Counted from the stretch's first letter, positions 20,505 through 31,483 are shown. The stretch is 64,000 nt of DNA from Candidatus Latescibacterota bacterium (GCA_965205485.1 OZ242180.1:4224001-4288000), one strand, 5' to 3'. Notes: generated from the sequence alone by a model not told the origin. Numbers and translations are program-made.

Positions 20505-22082
20505 CTACCGCTGCAACACGGACATTACCGGCCCGTTCAGGTCCTTTACAAGCTCCCCGAGCGACTGCGCCAGCAGGTCCAGCACCGGTGAAGGATAAAT
20601 GCCCAGGACGATTACGATAACCGCCAGCGGGGCCAGACTGAAAATCTCGCGCCCGTTGATTTCGGGCAGATCTTTCCACCGTTCGTTGAACGGCCCCATG
20701 AACAGACGTTGAAATGCCCACAGCATGTACGCCGCTCCGAGGAGGACGCCCAGGGTACCCAGGATCGTCATGGTGCGGTGGACCTGGAACGCGCCCAGGA
20801 AACAGAGCGCTTCGCTGATAAAGCCTGAAAGTCCGGGCAGACCCAGCGCGGCGAAGTACGCGACCATCGTGAGACTGCCGTACACCGGCATGTGCGACCA
20901 CAGCCCCCCGAATCCCAGCTTCCCTCGCAGATCCGGATCTTCATAATCGTTGGGATATACAATATACCGGTGATGCGCCCGGTCGTAGATGACGCCAACG
21001 AGCAGAAACAACATCGCCGTGATGGTGCCGTGGTTGAACATCTGAAACACCGCCCCGTTGATTCCGTGGGGCGTGAAGGACGACATGCCGAGCATCACGA
21101 AACCCATGTGACTGATACTGGAATACGCCACCAGTTTCTTCAGATCCGTCTGCGCCATTGCGACAAGTGCGCCATAGATGATATTGATGACCCCGATCAC
21201 GGCCAGGAAATAGCTGAAGTCACGTGTGACATCGGGCAACATCGGGTAGTTGAACCGCAAGATACCGTACGTACCCATCTTCAGGAGCACCCCCGCCAGA
21301 ATGACGCTGATGGCGGTAGGCGCTTCGACGTGGGCATCGGGAAGCCATGTGTGGAACGGAAAAAGGGGTACTTTTATGGCAAATCCGATAAACATGGCAA
21401 TCCAGATGATTACAGGAGCCGAATATCCGAAAATCATGCCGGCCCGAAGCCATTCGGAGTGGTTGGCCTGGTCCATCATGACCAGCATATTGAATGTATG
21501 TTTTCCCGTACCTGGATCGGTGACGTTGAAGTAAAATGCGAGCATGACCAGCAACAACAGGACGCTCCCAGCCAGCGTATACAGAAAGAACTTGATGGCG
21601 GCATATTCCTTTCGGGGCCCTCCCCAGATCCCGATCAGGAAGTACATCGGCAACAGCATCACTTCCCAGAACACGTAGAACAGGAAGAAGTCCAGCGACA
21701 CGAACACGCCCTGCATGCCGGTCTCGAGCAGCAGAAAGAGTGCGAAATATCCCTTGACCCCGCGGTTGATGGACCAGGACGCGGGAACGCAAAGGAAACC
21801 AAGCAACGCCGTCAGCAGCACCATCGAGACGCTCAGGCCGTCTATGCCCATATAATACTGGATGTTGAATGATTCGATCCAGGGAAGCCGTACTTCATAC
21901 TGCATGCCGGGTACGGACCGGTCGAAATCCTGAAACAGCCAGATGGCCAGCAGAAGGCAGAGTCCGGTCGCCGCAAGCGCTACCCGGCGAATCGCATCGA
22001 CCGCCCTGCCGGGCATCAGCAGGATTACCACGGCACCGAGTACGGGAACGAAGGTCAAGAGTGTAAGAATCCACTGATCCAT
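20505..22082 (-). CDS. nuoM: NADH-quinone oxidoreductase subunit M
   Basis: GIDGLS, FYVFWE, AAIKFFLYT, PFHTWLPDAHVEAPT, LKMGTYG. Confidence 0.95.
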   Translation of the reverse strand: MDQWILTLLTFVPVLGAVVILLMPGRAVDAIRRVALAATGLCLLLAIWLFQDFDRSVPGMQYEVRLPWIESFNIQYYMGIDGLSVSMVLLTALLGFLCVPASWSINRGVKGYFALFLLLETGMQGVFVSLDFFLFYVFWEVMLLPMYFLIGIWGGPRKEYAAIKFFLYTLAGSVLLLLVMLAFYFNVTDPGTGKHTFNMLVMMDQANHSEWLRAGMIFGYSAPVIIWIAMFIGFAIKVPLFPFHTWLPDAHVEAPTAISVILAGVLLKMGTYGILRFNYPMLPDVTRDFSYFLAVIGVINIIYGALVAMAQTDLKKLVAYSSISHMGFVMLGMSSFTPHGINGAVFQMFNHGTITAMLFLLVGVIYDRAHHRYIVYPNDYEDPDLRGKLGFGGLWSHMPVYGSLTMVAYFAALGLPGLSGFISEALCFLGAFQVHRTMTILGTLGVLLGAAYMLWAFQRLFMGPFNERWKDLPEINGREIFSLAPLAVIVIVLGIYPSPVLDLLAQSLGELVKDLNGPVMSVLQR

Positions 22083-22159
22083 CTGTCGGCTACCTCCCTG
22101 ATCGACTTCGTAGGACAAATCGCGGACGGCAGAACGGTCCGTGTGTTACCAATTGCCGA

Positions 22160-24238
22160 TCACGATACCATCAATCTGATCACCATCAGGACCAGAATAC
22201 CTCCCATAACCAGAACGACGTAGGTCTGCAGTCGTCCTGTCTGAATGCGCCTCAGCCCGCTGCCGGTCCACCTGATCACCCCTGCGACTGCATTCACGAG
22301 CCCGTCGACCACCCATTCATCGAAAAGGCGATCGATAAACGAGATACCCCGGGTCAACGTGGCCGAAAGATTCACGAGGCCGTCGACAATGTGAGCGTCG
22401 AACCAGTTCAACACCGTTCGCCCGACCAGGACCGCGCGGACGAAGCTGGCCTCGTAGAGCTCGTCGAAATACCACTTTCGGTTCAACACCCGGAAGATCC
22501 CGCCCGACTGAAGCAATTTCGCCTCCACGGCGATCATTTCCTCGCGCCGGTTGTAATACTTTCTGTAAGCCGTATAGATGCCGGCGCCGGCAACCAGCAA
22601 CGAGAGGATCATCGCCGGGTAGTGAGCGGCGTGCGCGGCGTCGCCGGGTGAACCCGCGGCATAGACTTCTGTTTCGGGTCCGACCGGCAACGGCTCGCCG
22701 CTGCCCGCCAGCAGACCCGCTTCAGGCCGCTTCACCAGATGCTGAAACCAGCCCTCGCCGCCCAGCGGGTTCCATGCGTAGAAGATCCAGATACTCAGCA
22801 CTGCCAGCACGATCAGCGGGACCGTCATCACGCGAGGAGACTCGTGGGCGTATTCGACTAGAGATTTCTCTCCGGGTTTCCCGTAGAACGTGAGAAAGAT
22901 CAGCCGGAACATGTAAAACGCCGTTAATCCCGCGGCCGCAAATCCCAGCAGCGGCAACAGGAAATGTACCGGCCGGGAGAGACCGCCGAAACCCAGCGCT
23001 CCGGCCAGTATCGCGTCCTTGCTGAGGAATCCGGACGTAAGCGGCACGCCCGCCAGGGCTACGGTCGCGATCAGAAAGGTCCAGAACGTCAGCGGCATCT
23101 TTTCTCGAAGCCCGCCCATATTTCGCATATCCTGCGGATCGCTTTCGTTGTGCGTCTTGTGGAACGCATGTTCCACGGCATGGATGACGCTTCCCGATCC
23201 GAGGAAAAGACACGCCTTGAAAGCCGCGTGCGTCATCAGGTGAAAAAACCCCGCCACGTACGCGCCCACACCCAGACCCATGATCATATATCCGAGCTGG
23301 CTGATGGTGGAGTAGGCCAGGACGCGTTTGATATCGTACTGGGCTACGGCGATGGTTGCGCCCAGAATCGCCGTGGTCGCGCCGATGTAAGCAATCGCCA
23401 CCAGCGCGTCAGGCGTCAGGATCGGGAACATCCGAGTGACCATATATACGCCGGCGGCAACCATCGTAGCCGCGTGGATCAACGCGCTGACGGGGGTCGG
23501 ACCCTCCATGGCATCCGGCAGCCAGACATGCAACGGAAACTGCGCCGACTTGCCAACCGCGCCGCAGAACAGACACAGGCCCGCAACCGTAAGGAGGCCT
23601 CCGCTCAGTCGTCCGCCGGCTACCCCGTCGTAAACACTCGCGAAGTCGAATGCGCCGACCTTCCAGAAGACAATCATAATGCCTACAAAAAAGCCGAGGT
23701 CGCCGACGCGGTTTACGAGGAACGCTTTCTTGCATGCCGCGGCCGCCGAGGGTTTCTCATACCAGAAACCGATCAGCAGATAGGATGAAAGCCCCACGAG
23801 TTCCCAGAACACATAAAGCAACAGGAAATTGTCAACCAGTACAAGGCCCAGCATCGAGAACGAAAAGATCGCCAGGAACCCGAAAAATCGGGAATATCGG
23901 GCGTCTCCGTGCATATAGCCGATTGAATAGAGATGCACGAGACCACTGACAACCGTGACAACCATCAACATGACGGCGGTAATATTGTCGACCAGCAGGC
24001 CGACGCTGATCTTCGCGGCGCCCAGATCCAGCCAGACCCACGAATCGAGATCGAGCCGCCAGCCCGGATCGTAGGCCGAAAGGGCCAGCACGAAATACCG
24101 GAGAGAAAGCAGAAATGAAATGGAGATTGCAGCGAGGGGCACCCAGTCGCCACCGCGCGGCAAGCGCCGTCCCCAGAAAGCCTGTACGGCGAATGCCGCC
24201 AGAGGCAGCACAGGGATGAAAAGCAGATCTAAGGGCAT
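22160..24238 (-). CDS. nuoL: NADH-quinone oxidoreductase subunit L
   Basis: NRVGDLGF, GKSAQFPLHVWLPDAMEGPTPVSALIHAATMV, AYSTISQLG. Confidence 0.96.
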   Translation of the reverse strand: MPLDLLFIPVLPLAAFAVQAFWGRRLPRGGDWVPLAAISISFLLSLRYFVLALSAYDPGWRLDLDSWVWLDLGAAKISVGLLVDNITAVMLMVVTVVSGLVHLYSIGYMHGDARYSRFFGFLAIFSFSMLGLVLVDNFLLLYVFWELVGLSSYLLIGFWYEKPSAAAACKKAFLVNRVGDLGFFVGIMIVFWKVGAFDFASVYDGVAGGRLSGGLLTVAGLCLFCGAVGKSAQFPLHVWLPDAMEGPTPVSALIHAATMVAAGVYMVTRMFPILTPDALVAIAYIGATTAILGATIAVAQYDIKRVLAYSTISQLGYMIMGLGVGAYVAGFFHLMTHAAFKACLFLGSGSVIHAVEHAFHKTHNESDPQDMRNMGGLREKMPLTFWTFLIATVALAGVPLTSGFLSKDAILAGALGFGGLSRPVHFLLPLLGFAAAGLTAFYMFRLIFLTFYGKPGEKSLVEYAHESPRVMTVPLIVLAVLSIWIFYAWNPLGGEGWFQHLVKRPEAGLLAGSGEPLPVGPETEVYAAGSPGDAAHAAHYPAMILSLLVAGAGIYTAYRKYYNRREEMIAVEAKLLQSGGIFRVLNRKWYFDELYEASFVRAVLVGRTVLNWFDAHIVDGLVNLSATLTRGISFIDRLFDEWVVDGLVNAVAGVIRWTGSGLRRIQTGRLQTYVVLVMGGILVLMVIRLMVS

Positions 24239-24258
24239 TCAGTCTCCCGAACCGTCCG

Positions 24259-24564
24259 TCAACCGCTCAATGAATCCAGTCTGTCGATGTTGACCATCTG
24301 ATAATTGCGATAGATATTCAGAACGATCGCCAGTGCAACCGCCGCCTCCGCCGCGGCGAGTACGATCACGAAAACGGCGAATACCTGTCCCTCCAGCCCT
24401 GTATCGGAAAACCGCGCGAACGCGACGAGGTTCAGGTTGGCGGCATTCAATATGAGCTCCACCCCCATCAGAATGCTGATTGCGTTGCGGCGGGTGGCAA
24501 CGGCCAGAATTCCCAGGCAGAAAAGAATGGCCCCCACGACCAGATAGTGCTCCAGGGCGATCAT
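24259..24564 (-). CDS. nuoK: NADH-quinone oxidoreductase subunit K
   Basis: LMGVELILNAANLN, AAAEAAVALA. Confidence 0.95.
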   Translation of the reverse strand: MIALEHYLVVGAILFCLGILAVATRRNAISILMGVELILNAANLNLVAFARFSDTGLEGQVFAVFVIVLAAAEAAVALAIVLNIYRNYQMVNIDRLDSLSG

Positions 24565-25082
24565 AACTCTCCCTCGTCCTCATCCTGCCCCTGCCCTTTT
24601 CCTGCCAGCATCGAAGCGCCGAGAAGGGCAGCCAGCAACAGCATGCCGGCCACCTCGAACGGCAGGACGTAGGTTGTCATGAGCGACTTGCCGATCTCCG
24701 CGGTACTGGAAGCGGGCGCCGCCCCCTCGGACAGCGGCCACGATGTTTTCAGGATCACCATCACCAGCAGCGCGAACCCGGCGCCAACGACAACCACGCT
24801 GGGCAGGAACTGCACGCGTTCCGCCAGCAGATTCAAGTCGTAAATGCGGTTGGTCAACATCACGCCGAAGAGCAACAGAATCAGGATTCCGCCGACGTAG
24901 ATCAATACCTGCGCCCCGGCCAGGAAATCGGCATCGAGAAATACGTACAAACCCGCGACGCCGAAAAACGTAAATAACAGGGCAAATACCGCGTAAATCA
25001 ACCGGCTTACGAAAACGACCGCAGCCGCCGACCCTACGGTGACGGCGGCAAACATGTAAAACACAATCGTTGAGAGTTCCAT
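24561..25082 (-). CDS. nuoJ: NADH-quinone oxidoreductase subunit J
   Basis: AQVLIYVGGILIL, YVLPFE. Confidence 0.94.
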   Translation of the reverse strand: MELSTIVFYMFAAVTVGSAAAVVFVSRLIYAVFALLFTFFGVAGLYVFLDADFLAGAQVLIYVGGILILLLFGVMLTNRIYDLNLLAERVQFLPSVVVVGAGFALLVMVILKTSWPLSEGAAPASSTAEIGKSLMTTYVLPFEVAGMLLLAALLGASMLAGKGQGQDEDEGEL

Positions 25083-25185
25083 ATGCCAACCAATCCTGAG
25101 CGCCCGGTTTCAGGCAAGATCGTCCGCCTGCATCGGGCGCGTCTCCGATGTCTCCGGCGCCGTGCCCCGCAGGGGTCCCAGCAGT

Positions 25186-25674
25186 CTATTTACGATCGGC
25201 GGACTCTGCGTCGGCGGGCTTCTTTTCGTAGTCCCATGGCCGGGCGTAGCGGTAGACCAGATCGGTCCGATCGTAGACCGACGACTCGTAATTCGGGGTC
25301 ATAATCAGACATTCGGTGGGACAGGGATACGTACAAAGACCACAATAACAGCAAAGCCCCATGTCGATGTCGAAACGCAGCACCTTGAGCCGCTTTTTCG
25401 TCCCCCTGGACGTCAGGCCCAGGTCCTCGTCGGGACCTGCCTTTTCGCATTCTATATAGATACAGTCCACGGGACATGCTCTCGCACACTGGTCGCAGCC
25501 GATACAGTCATCGATATCGTTGAACAGCTGGTTGCGCGCCCGTTCCGGCATCTGCCAACGCTCGTCCGGATATTCCAGGGTGATTGACGGCGTGAACAAA
25601 TGCTTCAACGTGATATTCAGGCCCACCCAGATGGAAGCCGCGGACTGATAGAGATTCCTGAAATACGATCCCAT
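25186..25674 (-). CDS. nuoI: NADH-quinone oxidoreductase subunit I
   Basis: TLEYP; two ferredoxin motifs CIGCDQCARACP and CCYCGLCTYPCP. Confidence 0.94.
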   Translation of the reverse strand: MGSYFRNLYQSAASIWVGLNITLKHLFTPSITLEYPDERWQMPERARNQLFNDIDDCIGCDQCARACPVDCIYIECEKAGPDEDLGLTSRGTKKRLKVLRFDIDMGLCCYCGLCTYPCPTECLIMTPNYESSVYDRTDLVYRYARPWDYEKKPADAESADRK

Positions 25675-25718
25675 TGCATCACCTGTGGAAGAAGGGTCCC
25701 GGGAGATTCACCGTCCTG

Positions 25719-26894
25719 CTACAATGCGGTCTGGGCACGCTGTGTCCGACCGTGCATCAATCCCTGGGCGGCCGAACGCAGCAGGAAGGCAAGAACGACG
25801 GCCATCGCGCCCATCAACCCGACCTTGGAGATATCCTGGAACCAGGTTGGAATGGCGAGGTGCCACACATACGATCCGAGCATGCACAAAAAAGTGGCCG
25901 GCGTGAGTACCTTCCAGCCGACGAACATGAGCTGATCGACACGCAGCCGGGGAAGCGTCCAGCGGATCCACATCTGCACCGCCACGAGCAGGAGCCCCTT
26001 GCCGATCATCCAGATGGGACCGGCCGGAAACGAACCGCCCCAGGGCGCCTGCCAGCCGCCCAGAAACACGACAGCGCCGACCATACTCACGGCAACCATC
26101 GCCGCGTATTCCGCTACGAAGAAGAAGGAGAACCTCATGCCGCTGTATTCGGTGTGATAGCCCGCCACCAGTTCCGATTCGGCCTCGGGTATATCGAACG
26201 GCGTGCGATTGACTTCCGCAAGCGCGGCGACAAAGTAAAGGATGAACGCGAGAAACGTAAACGGATTGCGAAACACGAACCAGTGATACAACGATCCGGA
26301 CTGCGCCGCGACCAGTTCCTGCGTGCTGAGAGTACCCACAAGAGGGATCACGCTCAGGAATGCCATGGCCACGGGGATTTCGTAGCTCACGACCTGTGCG
26401 GCCGAGCGCATCGCGCCGAGCAGAGACCACTTGTTGTTGGACGCCCATCCGGCCATGAGAATGCCCAGAACGCCCAGCGACGAAATGGCGAGAATATAGA
26501 AGATCCCGATATTCAGATCGCTTACGATCAGGCTGCCGCCGAAGGGGATGCACACGAACACGGCCAGGGTCCCGGAGAAGACCAGCAGGGGCGCCAGAAT
26601 GAAGAGGCCCTTGTCAGCCGCCGCGGGAATGATATCTTCCTTGAGGAGCAGCTTGACGCCGTCTGCAATAGGCTGAGCCCACCCGTGCCAGCCCCCGGTT
26701 CGCATCGGTCCCAGGCGGTCCTGGATGTGTGCGGATATCTTCATTTCCATGTAAACCATGATGAGCCCGAGTACCGCGACAAGCGTTACGACGACGATGC
26801 CGGCAAGCAACCCCAATGCAAGGGACACCAGGCCGATCGGCACGGCGCTTAGAAAGCCCACGTGATTTACAAGAACCTCCGCCAATTCGAGCAT
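25719..26894 (-). CDS. nuoH: NADH-quinone oxidoreductase subunit H
   Basis: QDRLGP, ADGVKLLLKEDI, SYEIP, NRTPFDIPEAESELVAGYHTEYSG, PRLRVDQL. Confidence 0.96.
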   Translation of the reverse strand: MLELAEVLVNHVGFLSAVPIGLVSLALGLLAGIVVVTLVAVLGLIMVYMEMKISAHIQDRLGPMRTGGWHGWAQPIADGVKLLLKEDIIPAAADKGLFILAPLLVFSGTLAVFVCIPFGGSLIVSDLNIGIFYILAISSLGVLGILMAGWASNNKWSLLGAMRSAAQVVSYEIPVAMAFLSVIPLVGTLSTQELVAAQSGSLYHWFVFRNPFTFLAFILYFVAALAEVNRTPFDIPEAESELVAGYHTEYSGMRFSFFFVAEYAAMVAVSMVGAVVFLGGWQAPWGGSFPAGPIWMIGKGLLLVAVQMWIRWTLPRLRVDQLMFVGWKVLTPATFLCMLGSYVWHLAIPTWFQDISKVGLMGAMAVVLAFLLRSAAQGLMHGRTQRAQTAL

Positions 26895-26913
26895 CGGTTT
26901 CTCCTCGAATCCT

Positions 26914-28113
26914 CTATCGATCGATCTCGCCAAGCACGATATCGATGCTTCCGATGATGGCGATTATGTCGGCCAGATAGTGGCCCCTGGCGAGCTCATC
27001 GAATACGCTCATCACCGTAAAGCAGGGCGATTTCACGCGCACCCGGTACGGCACGTTGGAACCGTCGCTGATCACGTATACACCCAGTTCGCCCCTTGGG
27101 TTTTCGCTGCGAACGTAACACTCCGCGTCTTTGGGGGGCCGCACGTTTCTGGGGACCGCCGCCTGGACGTCACCGCCCTCGGGGAGTTGGTCGAGCGCCT
27201 GAGACACGATCCTGGCGCTTTGCTCCATCTCGCGAATGCGCACCATATACCGGTCCCAGCAATCGCCCAGGGTCCCCATTTCGCCCGCGCCGCAGGGCAC
27301 GTCGAACTCGAACCGATCGTAGATTGAATACGGTTCTTCGCGGCGCAGGTCCCATTCCACCCCGCAGCCCCGAAGATTCGGACCGGTAATGTTGTGGCTG
27401 TAGGCCGACTCGAGCGACAGAACTCCGACGTTGGCGGTTCGCTCGATGAAGATCTTGTTGTACGTCAGGAGATCGTTGTATTCTTTCAGCTTTCCTTCGA
27501 AGGCGGTGAGGAAATGCCGGCAGCGCTCCACGAAACCCGGCGGCAGATCGTGAGAGACCCCGCCCACCCAGATATAATTGTACAGCATCCGCGCCCCGCA
27601 CGTCATTTCGAACAGGTCGAATACATCCTCACGTTCCCGGAAGGCAAACAAAAAGGGCGTAAACGCCCCAATATCCATTCCGTAGGTCCCGAACGAAACC
27701 AGGTGGCTGGCAATCCGGTTCAACTCACACATGATGACCCGGATGTACTCCACCCGCTCCGGAATCTCGAGTCCCAGGAGTTTCTCTACAGCCAGAACAT
27801 ACCCCATATTGTTGTTCATCGCCGCCAGGTAATCCATCCGATCCGTGAACGGGATGACCTGTGGATACGGCAGATTCTCGGCGTGCTTCTCGAAGCAACG
27901 ATGGAGATAACCGATGTGGGGTTTTGCTTCCTCTACAATCTCTCCGTCCGTCTTGATCTCCAGGCGCAGTACCCCGTGCGTGCTGGGATGCTGCGGTCCC
28001 ATGTTGATCGTCATCAACTCGCTGTTAAGGTTGTCGTCCTCCAGGTCCGCTACCGGCGGCAGCCCCGGCCGCTCCACCGTCACCTCAGTCGCCGCCCGTG
28101 AGATCTCTGCCAT
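26914..28113 (-). CDS. nuoD: NADH-quinone oxidoreductase subunit D
   Basis: NMGPQHPSTHGVLRL, IGYLHR, DRMDY, C-terminal GEIDR. Confidence 0.97.
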   Translation of the reverse strand: MAEISRAATEVTVERPGLPPVADLEDDNLNSELMTINMGPQHPSTHGVLRLEIKTDGEIVEEAKPHIGYLHRCFEKHAENLPYPQVIPFTDRMDYLAAMNNNMGYVLAVEKLLGLEIPERVEYIRVIMCELNRIASHLVSFGTYGMDIGAFTPFLFAFREREDVFDLFEMTCGARMLYNYIWVGGVSHDLPPGFVERCRHFLTAFEGKLKEYNDLLTYNKIFIERTANVGVLSLESAYSHNITGPNLRGCGVEWDLRREEPYSIYDRFEFDVPCGAGEMGTLGDCWDRYMVRIREMEQSARIVSQALDQLPEGGDVQAAVPRNVRPPKDAECYVRSENPRGELGVYVISDGSNVPYRVRVKSPCFTVMSVFDELARGHYLADIIAIIGSIDIVLGEIDR

Positions 28114-28116
28114 AAT

Positions 28117-28587
28117 CTATACCTCGACCCGGATACCGCGATAATATTCCTGAACCTGGTAATCCTTGCGCAGCGGCCACCCTTCCCAGTCGTCGGGGCA
28201 CAGGATGCGACGCAGGTCGCTGTGGCCTTCGAAGACAACGCCGAACATGTCGTATGTCTCGCGTTCGTGCCAGTTCGCCACCCGCCAGACACCCTCCACG
28301 GTTGGCAATCGGGGATTCTCTCTTCCCAATTCCGCCTTCAGCGTAATCTTGTGCCGGTGCGTCGATGAGAACAGATGATACACCAGCGAAAGGTGTTCCG
28401 GATAATCCACGCCGCTCAGACACATCAGCGACTCGAACCGCATTGCCTCGTCGTCTCGCAGAAAACGACCGATTTCGGCGATCGCATCCGCGCTCACCCG
28501 AATAAACGGATCCACGTTTTCGGTCAGATCCAGAACCCGGTCGCTGAACTGTTCTTTCAGCCTTTCGAAAATCTGCTGCGGCGTCAT
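28117..28587 (-). CDS. nuoC: NADH-quinone oxidoreductase subunit C
   Basis: ANWHERETYDMFG, GHSDLRRIL, PLRKD; GGAGG RBS before ATG 28587. Confidence 0.95.
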   Translation of the reverse strand: MTPQQIFERLKEQFSDRVLDLTENVDPFIRVSADAIAEIGRFLRDDEAMRFESLMCLSGVDYPEHLSLVYHLFSSTHRHKITLKAELGRENPRLPTVEGVWRVANWHERETYDMFGVVFEGHSDLRRILCPDDWEGWPLRKDYQVQEYYRGIRVEV

Positions 28588-28631
28588 GGTTCGCCTCCAC
28601 ACGCATTCCGGCGCAGGCTGACTGAGCCAGC

Positions 28632-29117
28632 TCAGCTCACTTTCGCGATGGAATCGATACGGATCTTGTCCTGAAGCTTCAGTACGCCCTCGAGCAGAGC
28701 CTCCGGCCTCGGGGGACAACCCGGGACGTAGACGTCAACCGGCACAACCCTGTCGACACCCTTTAAAACGTGGTATCCGTGCTGCCAGTACGGGCCGCCG
28801 GAGGTTGCACAGCAGCCCATCGACATCACGTACCTGGGCTCGGCCATCTGGTCGTACAGTTTCTTTACGCGAGTTGCCATTTTCAATGTAACCGTGCCGG
28901 CCACGATCATCAGATCGGACTGCCGCGGGGTGGCGCGCGGGACCATACCCAGACGCGACCAGTCGTACCGGGACGCCCCCGTGGCCATCATTTCTATTGC
29001 GCAGCACGCCAGTCCGAACGTCATGGGCCAGAGCGAGGACAACCGCGCCCAATTGACGAAATAGTCGACGGACGTCACAACGACGTTATCCTGGAATCGA
29101 CCTGTGAGCTTTCCCAT
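28632..29117 (-). CDS. nuoB: NADH-quinone oxidoreductase subunit B (operon copy)
   Basis: [39 protein letters not shown]. Confidence 0.96.
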   Translation of the reverse strand: MGKLTGRFQDNVVVTSVDYFVNWARLSSLWPMTFGLACCAIEMMATGASRYDWSRLGMVPRATPRQSDLMIVAGTVTLKMATRVKKLYDQMAEPRYVMSMGCCATSGGPYWQHGYHVLKGVDRVVPVDVYVPGCPPRPEALLEGVLKLQDKIRIDSIAKVS

Positions 29118-29258
29118 AAACGGGCTTGCCTCCTGAAGCGTCAAGCCGGACGGTGCTGATGGAATTCCGTGGATGGCTGCGTAAGGAATCCGGTGAAGCG
29201 CTGCGGTCGGAACGGTTCGAACGACGCGCCGGCAACGAACCGGAGCCGGATCGAACGA

Positions 29259-29678
29259 TCAGGCGACGCGGCCTCCAGTTGCAGGGGCGGGCACCGGCGC
29301 CTGCCGCCCCGACAGCTTGGGGCGAACCCATTCGAGCGCCCCCTTGCGCCAGGCATACGCGAGGCCGAGGAGAAGCACGACCACGAAGATCGACATCGCG
29401 CCGAAGCCGTACCAGCCGAAATCGTTCGCCACAACCGCCCAGGGATACAGCAGGACAACCTCCACGTCGAAGATGATGAAATCCAGGGCGATCACGTAGA
29501 ACCGGATATTGAACTGAATCCAGGATCCGCCCACGGGCTCTTCCCCGCACTCGTATGTACTCAGTTTCTCCGCGCTGGGATTCCGGGGCCGAATCAGGCT
29601 GCCAATGAACAGATTGACCACCACGAAGAGACCGCCGATACCAAGAAAAATGAGTACGTTGGCGTATTGATCCAGCAT
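29259..29678 (-). CDS. nuoA: NADH-quinone oxidoreductase subunit A
   Basis: YECGEEP, FIIFDVEVV..YPWA, AWRKGALEW. Confidence 0.95.
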   Translation of the reverse strand: MLDQYANVLIFLGIGGLFVVVNLFIGSLIRPRNPSAEKLSTYECGEEPVGGSWIQFNIRFYVIALDFIIFDVEVVLLYPWAVVANDFGWYGFGAMSIFVVVLLLGLAYAWRKGALEWVRPKLSGRQAPVPAPATGGRVA

Positions 29679-29776
29679 GAGTTACGGGCCTCCCCGGGAG
29701 CGGCGCCAACAGCCGTTGGCGAATTTGCGCATCGGCCTGAATTCATCTGCTTTGCGCATTCGAAACTAACGGCGAT

Positions 29777-29806
29777 AAATTAGCGAAATCCGGCTGCTTC
29801 TGTCAA
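29777..29806 (-). promoter_or_regulatory. Putative nuo operon promoter
   Basis: On the minus strand: TTGACA (29806-29801), 18-bp spacer, TAATTT. Confidence 0.5.
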
Positions 29807-29902
29807 GAGAAAAGCACCCGTCGAACATCGATCCGCCCGCCCGCTCCTGCGCCGGCATGACATCGGATGAGTTAAACTTGACTTTTTCGTACATTTTTAA
29901 TC

Positions 29903-29931
29903 TTGACACATGGTTGCGGATTGGGTATGTT
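29903..29931 (+). promoter_or_regulatory. Putative suf operon promoter
   Basis: TTGACA, 17-bp spacer, TATGTT. Confidence 0.65.
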
Positions 29932-30016
29932 AAGCGTGAATTCAGAAAACGTTATCGTGGTGACGCATAAACTATAACAAAACTAATGCCCTTTCAAGAA
30001 ATGGAAGGAGCGCGTG

Positions 30017-31483
30017 ATGAGCGAAGAAGTGCAGGAACTCGAAGAACTGGCGACGAGAGAATACAAGTACGGGTTCGTCACGGATATCGAACAGGATGCC
30101 GCGCCCCCGGGTCTGAATGAAGACATTATCGCCTTCATCTCCCGGAAGAAACGCGAGCCCGACTGGCTGCTGGAATGGCGTCTCAAGGCCTATCGCAACT
30201 GGCTCGGAATGGATGATCCCACCCGTCGCGGACGGAGCCGGCAGTGGGCGATGGTCGACTATCCGGATATCGACTATCAGAAAATCATCTATTACTCCGC
30301 GCCCAAGCAGGCGGAAACCCTCCAGAGCCTCGACGAGGTCGATCCCGAAATCCTCCGAACCTACGAAAAACTCGGCATTCCTCTCGAGGAGCAGAAAATC
30401 CTGGCGGGTGTGGCGGTCGACGCCGTTTTCGACAGCGTTTCCGTGGCCACCACGTTCAAGGACAAGCTTTCGGATCTGGGGATCATCTTCTGCTCGTTCT
30501 CCGAAGCCGTTCAGGACCATCCCGAACTGGTGAGGAAATACCTGGGTTCGGTCGTGCCCTACAACGACAATTTCTTTGCCGCACTCAACTCCGCGGTCTT
30601 TACCGACGGCTCCTTCTGCTACATCCCCCGGGGCGTGCGGTGTCCCATGGAACTGTCCACATACTTCCGCATCAACGCGGCCAACACGGGCCAGTTCGAA
30701 CGGACGCTCATCATTGCCGAAGAGGGTGCGTACGTATCCTACCTTGAAGGTTGCACAGCTCCCCAGAGAGACGAAAACCAGCTCCACGCCGCAGTTGTGG
30801 AACTGGTCGCCCTCGATGATGCGCAGATTAAATACTCGACCGTTCAGAACTGGTATCCCGGAGATGAAAACGGTGTGGGCGGCATCTACAATTTCGTAAC
30901 CAAACGCGGCGCCTGCCGCGGCGTCAACGCCAAGATCTCATGGACCCAGGTCGAGACGGGATCTGCAATCACCTGGAAATACCCCAGCTGCATTCTCCAG
31001 GGCGACAACTCCATAGGAGAATTCTACTCGGTAGCCGTTACCAGCGGGCGCCAGCAGGCCGATACGGGTACCAAGATGATCCATCTTGGAAAGAACACGC
31101 GCAGCACCATCGTGTCGAAGGGCATTTCCGCGAAGTACGGACAGAACACCTATCGAGGACGGGTGCAGGTGATGAAGGGCGCATCGAACGCCAGGAATTT
31201 TACCCAATGCGACTCCATGCTCATCGGCGACCGCTGCGGCGCGCACACGTTCCCGTACATCGATGTCAGGAACACGACCTCCCAGGTCGAGCACGAAGCG
31301 TCCACCTCAAAGATCGGTGAAGATCAGATCTTCTACTGCAACCAGCGCGGTATCTCCACCGAAGACGCCGTGTCCATGATCGTCAACGGTTTCTGCAAGG
31401 AGGTGCTGGCCGAACTCCCCATGGAATTCGCCGTTGAAGCGCAGAAGCTGCTTGGCATCAGCCTGGAGGGCAGTGTCGGATAA
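30017..31483 (+). CDS. sufB: Fe-S cluster assembly scaffold SufB
   Basis: [63 protein letters not shown]. Confidence 0.97.
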   Translation: MSEEVQELEELATREYKYGFVTDIEQDAAPPGLNEDIIAFISRKKREPDWLLEWRLKAYRNWLGMDDPTRRGRSRQWAMVDYPDIDYQKIIYYSAPKQAETLQSLDEVDPEILRTYEKLGIPLEEQKILAGVAVDAVFDSVSVATTFKDKLSDLGIIFCSFSEAVQDHPELVRKYLGSVVPYNDNFFAALNSAVFTDGSFCYIPRGVRCPMELSTYFRINAANTGQFERTLIIAEEGAYVSYLEGCTAPQRDENQLHAAVVELVALDDAQIKYSTVQNWYPGDENGVGGIYNFVTKRGACRGVNAKISWTQVETGSAITWKYPSCILQGDNSIGEFYSVAVTSGRQQADTGTKMIHLGKNTRSTIVSKGISAKYGQNTYRGRVQVMKGASNARNFTQCDSMLIGDRCGAHTFPYIDVRNTTSQVEHEASTSKIGEDQIFYCNQRGISTEDAVSMIVNGFCKEVLAELPMEFAVEAQKLLGISLEGSVG

